From positions 1,216,001 to 1,280,000 of the forward strand of contig OZ241907.1 of the NCBI GenBank assembly GCA_965203515.1: a DNA stretch of 64,000 bases, written 5' to 3'. Below, one piece after another: positions 40,501 to 49,559 of the stretch; position 1 is the stretch's first letter; each line of letters begins with the position of its first letter. Below the pieces are notes generated by a model. The model searched no databases, had not been told where the DNA came from, and was given only the letters and a program-made list of their open reading frames with translations. The stretch comes from Spirochaetia bacterium. GTDB taxonomy: Bacteria; Spirochaetota; Spirochaetia; SZUA-6; Bin103. The translations under genes and the position numbers were made by a program.

Positions 40501-41616
40501 ATGGCCGGCGCGCTCGATACCCGCTCTTCGGCTCTCTCCTGTCCGGCCGGCTCCTGTCCGGCCGGCTCCTGTCCGGCCGGCTCCTATCCGGCCATTCCGT
40601 ACGGGCGGGCATCGTTCCCCAGCGTGCGCCGCGACCGTTGCCTGTACGTGGACAAGACGCGCTTCCTCCGCCAACTCGAACGTGAACGATACGCCTTCTT
40701 CATCCGCCCGCGGCGGTTCGGCAAGACCTTCTGGCTGGCGATGCTGGAGTGCTACTACGACCGCCGGCAGCGGGACTCCTTCGACACCCTGTTCGCCGGC
40801 ACCGACATCGGCGCGAATCCCACGCCCGACCGCAGCCGCTACGTCATCCTCTACTTCGATTTCTCCGCCTTCGACAACTCCCTGCCGACCCTGGAGGAGC
40901 GCTTCCAGGGCTACTGCGCCACGCAGACGGCGGAGGCGGTAGAGAGCCACCCGGACCTCTTTTCGGAAGCGGAGGCGCGGCGCATCCTGGCGCCGGCGAG
41001 CATCGACGGCAAGCTCAACGAGCTGTTCCGGCACGTCCGGGCGCGCGGCGTCCCGCTCTACGTCCTGATCGACGAATACGACAACTTCGCCAACACCATC
41101 CTGGCCGAGCAGGGCGCCGACGCCTACCACTCCTTCACCCACGGCGGCGGCTTCTACCGCAACTTCTTCGCCACGCTCAAGGCCGGCACGGCGCGCGCCG
41201 GCAGCGTGGAGCGGCTGTTCGTCACCGGCGTCTCCCCGGTCACCATGGACGACGTCACCAGCGGCTTCAACATCGGCGCCAACCTCAGCCTGCGCCCCGA
41301 ATTCAACGAGATGCTCGGCTTCACCGAAGCCGAAGTCCGGCACGCGCTTTCGACCTACCGCGACCTCGGCGTCTTCGACCAGGACCCCGACGCCGCCCTC
41401 GACACGATGCGCGAGTGGTACGACGGCTACCGCTTCGCCAAGACCGCCCCCAACGTCGTCTACAACACCGACATGGTGCTCTACTACCTGTCGTACTCAC
41501 TGCCCAACAAGCCCGGCCCCGACAGAGGTGTCGGCCGGCAGCGCCGTGCGTTCCAACCCGGAGGGACGGGACGCAGGTCTTGGTATACCAGGTTAAACGC
41601 AAACACGGCTCGATGA
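40501..41616 (+). pseudogene. AAA-ATPase-like protein, apparently truncated before its usual C-terminal PD-(D/E)XK nuclease domain
   Basis: YVDKT, RPRRFGKT, LIDEYDNFAN, FVTGVSP, WYDGYRF, VYNTDMVLYYL; recognisable sequence stops at ~41520, followed by an unrelated tail. Confidence 0.75.
40536..40593. repeat. 15-bp tandem repeat, ~3.9 copies (ctcctgtccggccgg), in frame SCPAG
   Basis: Directly visible. Confidence 0.95.
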
Positions 41617-41783
41617 GGCGGTGCGCGCCGCCCGTCGAGCACGGGGCCGGACCGAGGCGACCGAGCCCGAGCCGTTGCCAAAGGGCGCGCCGCCGGGATA
41701 GGATAGGCGCGGCCGTAGCCGGGGACGTTCCCGGTCACCGGCCTCAATTCGATCGCACCGACATGCACAAAAGGAAGGACTCC

Positions 41784-42968
41784 ATGAAACGACTGATCGC
41801 GGGCGGCGTGCTGCTCGTCGTGCTCCAGGCCGGCGCAGCCTTTGCTCAGGACGTCAAGATCGGCGTGGTCCTCGGCTTCACCGGACCCATCGAATCGCTC
41901 ACCCCGGCCATGGCCGCCGGCGCCGAACTGGCCATCGCCGAAGTCAACGACAGCGGCGCCCTGCTCGACGGCCGGCAGGTCGCCTCCGTGCGCGGCGACT
42001 CCACCTGCACCGACTCGGCCGCCGCCGTCGCCGCCACCGAGCGCCTCATCACCTCCGACCGCGTCAACGCCATCGTCGGCGGCGACTGTTCCGGCGTCAC
42101 CATCGCCATGCTGCAGAACGTCGCCAAGGCCAACGGCATCGTCATGATCTCCCCCTCGGCCACTTCCCCGGCGCTCACCACCATCGAAGACGACGGCCTG
42201 TTCTTCCGCACCTCCCCCTCCGATGCCCGCCAGGGCGCGGTGATCGCCGACATCCTGGTCGAGATGCGGATCATGGATGCGGCCATGACCTACACCAACA
42301 ACGACTACGGCAAGGGTCTTGCCGACAGCATCCAGGCCAACCTGGAGCAGCTCGGCGGGAGCATCACCATCTCGGCCCCGCATGAGGACGGCAAGGGCGA
42401 TTACAGTTCGGAGGTGGCCGCCCTGGCGGCGGTCGGCGGGGACATCCTGATCGTGGCCGGGTATCTCGACCAGGGCGGCAAGGGGATCATTCAGGCGGCG
42501 ATCGATTCGGGCGCCTTCAGCCGCTTCTTCCTGCCGGACGGGATGATCGGCGAGAGCCTGACCGAGGCGATCGGCGCCGACCTGGACGGTTCGATCGGCA
42601 CCGCGCCGGGGACCGACAGTCCGGGGTCGGCGCAGTTGGACGAGTTGGTGGCGGCGGCCGGGCATACGAGCGGGCCGTTCGTGGGCGAGTCGTATGACGC
42701 GGCGGCGTTGCTGCTGTTGGCGATGCAGGCGGCCGGATCGGTCGACAGCGCCGACTTCAAGGGGCACGTGATGGCGGTCGCCAACGCGCCCGGCGAGCCG
42801 GTCTATCCGGGTGAGTTGGGCAAGGCGCTGGCGGTGCTGGCGGCCGGGGGCGACGTCGACTACGTGGGCGCCTCGGACGTGGAGCTGATCGATCCGGGCG
42901 AGAGCGCCGGCAGCTACCGGCACTACGAGGTGCGGGACGGCGTGTTCGAGACCGTGGGCTTCCGCTAG
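41784..42968 (+). CDS. Branched-chain amino acid-type ABC substrate-binding protein (LivK/LivJ-like)
   Basis: SD aaggaagg; VKIGVVLGFTG, ISPSATSPALT, FFRTSPSD, NNDYGKG. Confidence 0.92.
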   Translation: MKRLIAGGVLLVVLQAGAAFAQDVKIGVVLGFTGPIESLTPAMAAGAELAIAEVNDSGALLDGRQVASVRGDSTCTDSAAAVAATERLITSDRVNAIVGGDCSGVTIAMLQNVAKANGIVMISPSATSPALTTIEDDGLFFRTSPSDARQGAVIADILVEMRIMDAAMTYTNNDYGKGLADSIQANLEQLGGSITISAPHEDGKGDYSSEVAALAAVGGDILIVAGYLDQGGKGIIQAAIDSGAFSRFFLPDGMIGESLTEAIGADLDGSIGTAPGTDSPGSAQLDELVAAAGHTSGPFVGESYDAAALLLLAMQAAGSVDSADFKGHVMAVANAPGEPVYPGELGKALAVLAAGGDVDYVGASDVELIDPGESAGSYRHYEVRDGVFETVGFR

Positions 42969-42989
42969 GCCAGAGATAGAGCCGGCATC

Positions 42990-43030
42990 GGCGCATGAGC
43001 GGGAACGGCGGCCCGTTGCGCTCATGCGCC
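42990..43030 (+). terminator. Hairpin after the SBP gene
   Basis: ggcgcatgagcg ... cgctcatgcgcc followed by cttcct. Confidence 0.6.
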
Positions 43031-43087
43031 CTTCCTGCGGCCGGTCGCAACGGCGTATCCTGGTGACCTCATGATCGCCGTAGAAGA

Positions 43088-43870
43088 ATGATCGCCGTAG
43101 AAGACCTGCACATGCACTTCGGCGGCATCCGGGCCGTCGACGGGGCGTCGCTCGCCATCGAGAACGGCACCATCACCGGCCTCATCGGGCCCAACGGCGC
43201 CGGCAAGACCACGCTCTTCAACGTCATCGCCGGGGTCCACAAACCGACCTCCGGCCGCGTCTATCTCGACGGGCAGGACATCACCGGCCTGCCTCCTCAT
43301 CGGCTCTTCGCCAAGGGCGTGCTCCGCACCTTCCAGGTCGCGCAGGAGTTCTCCACGCTGACGGTGCGAGAGAACCTCATGACGGTACCGGGCGGCCAGT
43401 CCGGCGAACGCCTGCTCGACGTATGGCTGCGGCCGCAGAAGATCCGCGGCGAAGAGTCGGCGATTCGCGCCAAGGCGGACGAAGTCATCGAGTTCCTCAA
43501 GCTGGACGCGGTGGCCGGCGAGCGGGCCGGCAACCTGTCGGGAGGGCAGAAGAAGCTGCTGGAGCTCGGCCGCACGATGATGGCGGAACCGCGCGTGGTG
43601 CTGCTCGACGAAGTCGGCGCCGGCGTCAACCGCACCCTGTTGAAGGAGATCGCCGGCGCCATCCTGCGTCTCAACCTGCACCGCGATTACACCTTCTGCA
43701 TCATCGAGCACGACATGGAACTGATCTCGCTGCTGTGCGATCCGGTGATCGTCATGGCGGAAGGCAAGGTGCTGACGCAGGGGCCGGCCCCGGTGGTGCA
43801 GGCCGACGAACGGGTCATCGAAGCCTATCTCGGCGCGGGGCTCGTGACCCGGGCCGAGCGGCCGCGGTGA
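43088..43870 (+). CDS. livG: ABC ATP-binding protein, LivG-like
   Basis: GLIGPNGAGKTT, RTFQ, LSGGQKKLLE, IIEHDM, VIEAYLG. Confidence 0.88.
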   Translation: MIAVEDLHMHFGGIRAVDGASLAIENGTITGLIGPNGAGKTTLFNVIAGVHKPTSGRVYLDGQDITGLPPHRLFAKGVLRTFQVAQEFSTLTVRENLMTVPGGQSGERLLDVWLRPQKIRGEESAIRAKADEVIEFLKLDAVAGERAGNLSGGQKKLLELGRTMMAEPRVVLLDEVGAGVNRTLLKEIAGAILRLNLHRDYTFCIIEHDMELISLLCDPVIVMAEGKVLTQGPAPVVQADERVIEAYLGAGLVTRAERPR

Positions 43871-43877
43871 GGACGCG

Positions 43878-44582
43878 ATGAGTCTGTTGGAAGGCGAAGC
43901 GCTGACCGGAGGCTACGGCGGCGTCGATATCCTGCGCGGCTGCTCCCTGGCCGTGGATCGAGGTGAGATCGCCGTGGTGGTGGGACCCAACGGCGCCGGC
44001 AAGTCGACCGCCATGAAGGCGCTGTTCGGCTTGCTGCGGCTGCGCGCCGGCAGCGTGCGCCTGGACGGCGAGGACATCACGGCGCTGGCGCCGCAGGCGC
44101 GGGCGCGCCGGGGCATGGGCTTCGTGCCGCAGACCGAGAACGTGTTCCGGTCGATGACCGTGCAGGAGAACCTGGAGATGGGCGCGTTCCTTCGCGAGGA
44201 CGACATCGCCGGCACCCTGCAGGAGGTCTATCACCTCTTTCCCGTACTGCGCGAGAAGCGGCGGCAGCCGGTCGGCGAACTGTCCGGCGGCCAGCGGCAG
44301 CAGGCGGCGATCGGCCGAGCCCTGATGAACCGCCCGCAGGTGCTGATGCTCGACGAGCCGACGGCCGGGGTGTCGCCGATCGTGATGCGGGAACTGTTCG
44401 AGCGCATCATCGACATCGCCCGCGGCGGCGTAGCGATCCTGATCGTCGAACAGAACGCCCGCCAGGCGCTCGCGCTGGCGGACACCGGATTCGTGCTGGT
44501 GCAGGGCCGCAACCGTCATACCGGCCCGGGCTCCGAACTGCTGGCGAATCCCGACATCCGCCGCTCCTTTCTGGGAGGCTGA
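43878..44582 (+). CDS. livF: ABC ATP-binding protein, LivF-like
   Basis: GPNGAGKST, ENLEMGA, LSGGQRQ, LDEPTAG, VEQNA. Confidence 0.88.
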   Translation: MSLLEGEALTGGYGGVDILRGCSLAVDRGEIAVVVGPNGAGKSTAMKALFGLLRLRAGSVRLDGEDITALAPQARARRGMGFVPQTENVFRSMTVQENLEMGAFLREDDIAGTLQEVYHLFPVLREKRRQPVGELSGGQRQQAAIGRALMNRPQVLMLDEPTAGVSPIVMRELFERIIDIARGGVAILIVEQNARQALALADTGFVLVQGRNRHTGPGSELLANPDIRRSFLGG

Positions 44583-44709
44583 CCGCCCGCTTACCCGGCA
44601 GCAAGGACGCTTACGCAGCAAGCAGGGCGACCGACTTCGGCAGCCGTCCCCGTCTTGCCGGCGCGGGAGGCCGGCACGGATGGCGACGGCCGGCCCGGCG
44701 GCCCGGCGC

Positions 44710-46465
44710 CTAATCCGCCAGCTGCACCAGAAGCGGCTTGCCCGCCAGCGTTTGGCGCGCCCAATACAGGTTCTGGTATGGATCGTAGCCGCTCTCCGCC
44801 AGTCGTGCCGTGCCGGTCGCGCGGGTACCGCTGGCCGGCGCCGAAAACGTCACGGTCGGGACGAGGGTGTAGCCGCTCCCGCCGTTGGTGACCCTCACCG
44901 ACGCTATGCCGCTTTGCAGCACCGCGGTGCCGGCTGCCGTGGTGCCGCCGCCCGGCGCCGCCGAAAACGTCACGGTCGGGGCAGAAGTGTAGCCGCTTCC
45001 CCGGTTCGTGAACCTCACCGACGCTACGCCGTAGCGTATGACCGCGGTGCCGGCTGCCGTGGCGCCGCCACTCGGCGCTGCCCCAAAGGCCACGGTCGGG
45101 GCGGAGGTGTAGCCGCTACCCCCGGTCGTGACCATCACCGACGCTACGCCGCTTTGCAGCACCGCGGTGCCGGCTGCGCTGTTGCCGCCGCCTCCCGAAA
45201 ACGTCACGGACGGGGCAGACGTGTAGCCGCTCCCCCGGTTCGTGATCCTCACTTCCTCTACCCTGGTCGTCAATATCGTCACGCTCGCGGCCGCACCGCT
45301 GCCCCCTCCGCCCGAAAACGTCACGGACGGGGCGGAGGTGTAGCCGCTCCCCCGGTTCTCCCAGCTCAGGGTTTGCAGTGTACCGGCGCCGCTTATACTT
45401 GCTGTTGCGGTTGCCTGGGTGCCACCGGCCGGCGGAGCGCCAATCGTCACGGTCGGGGCGGACGTGTAACCGCTCCCCGTGCTCGTAATCAGCAATTGAC
45501 CCAATTCGGTGCGCCGCGTTGCGGTGCCGGTCGCGGTGGTGCCGCCGGACGGCGCCGCCCCAAACGTCACGGTGGGGTCAGAGGTATAGCCGACCCCCCG
45601 GTTCGTGATCGTCACTGACGCTACGCCGCTTTGCAGCACCGCGGTGCCGGCCGCGCTGTTGCCGCCGCCGCTCGAAAACGTCACGGAAGGGGCAGAAGTG
45701 TAGCCGCTCCCCGCAGTCCCGACCGTCACGGAATCGACGTACCCGGACCCCACTGCGGCGCCGGTTGCGGTGGTGCCGCCGGACGGCGGCGCCGAAAACG
45801 TCACGGTCGGAACCGCCGTGTAGCCGCTCCCGGCGGTCGTAACGTCCACCGAATCAACGCCGCTGGGCCTCACCGCGGTGCCGGTCGCGGTGGTACCGCC
45901 GGACGGCGGCGCCGAAAACGTCACGGTCGGGTCCGCCGCGTAGCCGCTCCCCGGGTTGGTGATGTGTACCGATTCAACCGTGTCGCCGACGACCAACCGA
46001 TCCTCGGCGGTGAGCACCAGCACCACTGCGCCGGCCCGCACCTCGGCGTCGACCGTCCACTCCGCGCCGGAGATGTCGGACGCGAAGACCGGCTTGGCGC
46101 TCGTGCTCGTGAACGGCAGCTCCTGTCCGTCGATCGAAACGCGCACCTTGCCGCCGGTGAGCCGCTCCCAGGCATACGGCGCGGAGCGGCTGGACGCGGC
46201 GCCCGTCAGGTCCGGTTCATCGTCACCAAAGTCAGCCGCGCCGATCGTCCAGGTCTTCTCGGCCGGCTGCGAAGTCGGCGGCGACTCGCTCGGGGGATTA
46301 CCCCCCCCCCCCCCCCCCCCCCTGGGCCGGGGCGGCGGGCGCGGAGGACGGGCGCGCCGCCGGCGCGCACGCCATCAGCGCGGCGATGCCGGCGGCCAGC
46401 AACAGCGATCCCAGCGATGCTCTACCCAAGATTCCCCTCCGGTGGCGTGTCCGCCCGTCGATCAC
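44710..46465 (-). CDS. Putative surface lipoprotein with ten ~40-aa GSGY(T)xxP repeats; frameshifted at a G22 tract (candidate phase-OFF allele)
   Basis: Upstream frame gives a lipoprotein signal ..LLLAAGIAALMA-C and stops at TAA right after G22; the downstream frame is open from the tract to 44710; 21 or 24 G fuses them (~584 aa). Confidence 0.8.
46301..46322. repeat. C22 homopolymer (G22 on coding strand)
   Basis: Directly visible; by far the longest homopolymer in the window. Confidence 0.97.
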
Positions 46466-46505
46466 GCGCCGGCCGCTGCCGGGCGATTGCGAGCCGGACC
46501 GCGGC

Positions 46506-46534
46506 ATGATAGCACGCGCTCCCAACGCTGACAA
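46506..46534 (-). promoter_or_regulatory. Promoter TTGTCA-N17-TATCAT with extended TG, upstream of the lipoprotein
   Basis: + strand tgacaa 46529-46534, gca 46512-46514, atgata 46506-46511. Confidence 0.6.
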
Positions 46535-46657
46535 CCCGCGGATCCCGCCCACCCGGGTGACGAACGCCAGCCGGCGGGCGCCGGCGGCGGTTATCCGCTT
46601 GACGTGTCGTTCTCAAGCCGGTTGTCAGGCCGCCGCGCGACCGTCCAAGGTCGCGCC

Positions 46658-47530
46658 ATGACGACGCAGATCATCGACACGCACACCCACTTCTTCGATC
46701 CGCAGCGCCCGCAGGGGGTACCCTGGCCCAGCCCGGACAATCCCGACCTGTACCGCACGACGCTGCCGGAGCACTTCCTGGCGGCGGCGGCCCGGCACGG
46801 GGTGACCCACACGGTCGTGGTGGAGGCCAGCCCGTGGCTGGAGGACAACCAGTGGATCCTCGACCTTGCCGGCGACCCGCAGCGCGCCGGGCGGGCGGCG
46901 ATCGCCGGATTCGTGGGCAACCTGTCCTCCGAAGACGTCGATTTCCGTAGACACCTCGACCGGTTCTGCGCCCATCCCCTGTTCCGCGGCATCCGCCTGG
47001 GACGGGAGGCGGTGACCGGATGCGGCCGCGCGCCGCTGGTGGAGACCGTCCGCGCCTTGGCGGAACGCGAGTTGGCGCTCGACCTGCTGGTCGGCGCGGA
47101 CGAGCTGCCGGCGGTGGTCGATCTCTGCGACGCGGTGCCGGAGGCGCACCTGGTGATCGATCACGTCGGCCACGTGCGCATCGACGAGCGAGCGCCCGAC
47201 CCTGCCTGGTGCGCGGGCATGGCGGCGCTCGCCGGCGCCCCGCACGTCTACTGCAAGATCTCCGGTCTGGTGGAGCGGGCGGCGCCGAAGCCGGCGCCGG
47301 CCGACGTCACCTTCTACGAACCGACGCTCGACGCGCTCTGGGAACGCTTCGGCGCCGAACGCCTGCTGTACGCCAGCAACTGGCCGGTCTGCCGCGCGGC
47401 CGCTCCGTACGCGACGGTGTTCGCGATCGCGCAGGCGTACGTGGGACGGTACGGCCCGGACGCCGCGGCTCGCGTGTTCCGGGAGAACGCGATCGCCTGC
47501 TACCGGCTGCCGGCGCCGCTGCCCGCATAA
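46658..47530 (+). CDS. Amidohydrolase-2 family (sugar lactonase, L-fuconolactonase-like)
   Basis: IIDTHTHF, VIDHVG, YCKISGL, FGAERLLYASNWPV. Confidence 0.88.
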   Translation: MTTQIIDTHTHFFDPQRPQGVPWPSPDNPDLYRTTLPEHFLAAAARHGVTHTVVVEASPWLEDNQWILDLAGDPQRAGRAAIAGFVGNLSSEDVDFRRHLDRFCAHPLFRGIRLGREAVTGCGRAPLVETVRALAERELALDLLVGADELPAVVDLCDAVPEAHLVIDHVGHVRIDERAPDPAWCAGMAALAGAPHVYCKISGLVERAAPKPAPADVTFYEPTLDALWERFGAERLLYASNWPVCRAAAPYATVFAIAQAYVGRYGPDAAARVFRENAIACYRLPAPLPA

Positions 47531-47561
47531 CGGCAGCCGCAGACGGCAGCCCGCATCGGCG

Positions 47562-48356
47562 TCACGCCCGGAAGACGACGTGGGAGTTGCGCGGGATGAT
47601 GCGGGTCGGCGGCCCGCCGGCCGGAAAGGCGGCGGCCCATGCGGCCGGGTCGTAGTCGCGCGCGACGAAACACGCGTAGTGCGCGGGACACGCAAGGCCG
47701 GCCCGGCACCGCTGCGCCATGCGCACGCAGCCGTCGAAGTACGGGAACTCCCCTTCCGTGGGGTGGTTGGTGAGGAACGCCGCGGTCGGCTGCAAGGCGG
47801 CGACCGGCGCGGTGAGCGACTCGTGCTCGGCGAAGGTGTTGATCGGATCGCCGGTGAAGTAGAGCCGGTGCCGGCCGGCCTCGACCACGAAGCCCAGGTG
47901 GGTGGTGTCGGGCGGCGCGATGCCGGCGTCCGGGTCGCCGCCGGGCGGCTTGGCGTAGACCGCGTGCGCGGCCATGGTGCCGATCCGCACCCGTTCGCCG
48001 GCCGCGACCGCCGTGCATTGGGCGGGCGCGACCGGCGTCTCCGCGACGATCCGATCGATCGACTCCTGCGGGCCCAGATAGCGGGCGGCCGGCGCGGCGG
48101 CGTGCAGCCGCGCCAGCGTCTCGGGATCGGTGTGGTCGCCGTGCGCGTGGGTGAGCAGCACGAAGTCGGCCGGCCATGCCGCTTCGTCCATGGGCGGCTC
48201 GGCGTGGATGAAGCGGCCGGCGGGGCGATCGTGGGGCGAATAGGGGTCGACCAGGGTCAGGGTGCCGGCCGCATCGCGGACCGCAAAGCTGCTCTGCTCG
48301 AACCAGTGCACGGCGGCGGCGCCGTCCGGCACGGCGGTCTGAGTGAAGGGGTGCAT
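47562..48356 (-). CDS. Metallo-beta-lactamase fold hydrolase (UlaG-like)
   Basis: LVDPY, THAHGDHTD, YFTGD, PAHY. Confidence 0.85.
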   Translation of the reverse strand: MHPFTQTAVPDGAAAVHWFEQSSFAVRDAAGTLTLVDPYSPHDRPAGRFIHAEPPMDEAAWPADFVLLTHAHGDHTDPETLARLHAAAPAARYLGPQESIDRIVAETPVAPAQCTAVAAGERVRIGTMAAHAVYAKPPGGDPDAGIAPPDTTHLGFVVEAGRHRLYFTGDPINTFAEHESLTAPVAALQPTAAFLTNHPTEGEFPYFDGCVRMAQRCRAGLACPAHYACFVARDYDPAAWAAAFPAGGPPTRIIPRNSHVVFRA

Positions 48357-48380
48357 GCGGGACGCATAGCACGGCCCGCC

Positions 48381-49520
48381 TCAATCGTCCACGACCGATC
48401 CGTCCTCATGCAGGCGCGTCACGAACCGCCGCGGACGCGGCGGAATCCGCTCGGCGCCGGGCGCCAGCTCGATGCCGATGCCCGGTCCGTCCGGTACCAG
48501 CAGGTAGCCGTCGCGGACCGTCAGCGGCCGTGTGACGATGTCACGTTTGGGAGACACCTCCTCACCGGTCGGCAGCTCCTGGATGGCGAAGTTGGGGATG
48601 GCGGCGGCGAGCTGCACGCACGCCGCGGTGCTGACCGGGCTGAGCGGATTGTGCGGCACCACCTGGACGTGGAACGCCTCGGCCAGCGCGGCGATCTTCC
48701 TGGCGTGGGTGATGCCGCCGACCATGCAGACGTCGACCCGCGCAAACTGGACCGCCCCGCGCTGCAGCAGCGCCTGGAGCTCCCAAATCGTGTGCAGCCG
48801 CTCGCCGGTGGCGATCGGAATGTTGACGCGGCGCGCCACCTCGACCATCTCGTCGAGGTTGTCGGGCGTCACCGGGTCTTCGTAGAACATCGGGCGGTAG
48901 CCCTGAATCGCATCGGCAAACACGACCGCCTCCGCGGGCGTGAGACGGCGGTGGATCTCGATGCAGAGGTCGACCGCGTCGCCCACCGCTTCGCGGCACC
49001 GCGCCACGGTCTCCACCGCGTCCGCCATCTTGGCGGCATGCGTTCCCGGCGCGTACGGCCGGTCGCGCGGCACGTCGTAGAAGGGCGACAGGTGACCGAC
49101 CGCCGTGAAGCCGCGCTCCCTGGCGGCGATGCAGCCGTGCACCAGCTCTTCGCGGGTCTCGCCGAACACGTGGTAGTAGACGCGCGCCCGGTCGCGGCAG
49201 CGCCCGCCAAGGAGCTGGTAGACCGGGACGCCGAAGCGCTTGCCGGCGATGTCCCACAGCGCGATGTCGACGGCGCTCAGGGCGCCCATGACCGCTGCCC
49301 CCCGGAAGTGCAGAGATCGATACAGGTACTGCCAGTGGTGCTCGATGCGGAGCGGATCCTGCCCGATCAGGTACTCCCGCCAGCGATCGATGACCGCGCC
49401 GGACGCCTCCAGGTAGCCCCAGGTGCCGGATTCGCCCAACCCGGTGATGCCGGCGTCGGTCTCCACCAGCGCGTAGAGGTAGCGGTCGACGCGCAGCACG
49501 CGCACCGCAGTGATCTTCAT
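48381..49520 (-). CDS. Mandelate racemase/enolase superfamily dehydratase (galactonate dehydratase-like)
   Basis: SAVDIALWDIAGK, EIHRR, FYEDP, ATGERL, PHNPLSP, GSVVD. Confidence 0.88.
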   Translation of the reverse strand: MKITAVRVLRVDRYLYALVETDAGITGLGESGTWGYLEASGAVIDRWREYLIGQDPLRIEHHWQYLYRSLHFRGAAVMGALSAVDIALWDIAGKRFGVPVYQLLGGRCRDRARVYYHVFGETREELVHGCIAARERGFTAVGHLSPFYDVPRDRPYAPGTHAAKMADAVETVARCREAVGDAVDLCIEIHRRLTPAEAVVFADAIQGYRPMFYEDPVTPDNLDEMVEVARRVNIPIATGERLHTIWELQALLQRGAVQFARVDVCMVGGITHARKIAALAEAFHVQVVPHNPLSPVSTAACVQLAAAIPNFAIQELPTGEEVSPKRDIVTRPLTVRDGYLLVPDGPGIGIELAPGAERIPPRPRRFVTRLHEDGSVVDD

Positions 49521-49559
49521 CGTCTCGAACCTCCTGAAACGTCGTTTGCCCTCATCCCG

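Noticed and set aside
44710..46146. Prophage remnant
   Set aside because: The phage-like repeat occurs alone behind a bacterial lipoprotein signal; no other phage genes nearby.
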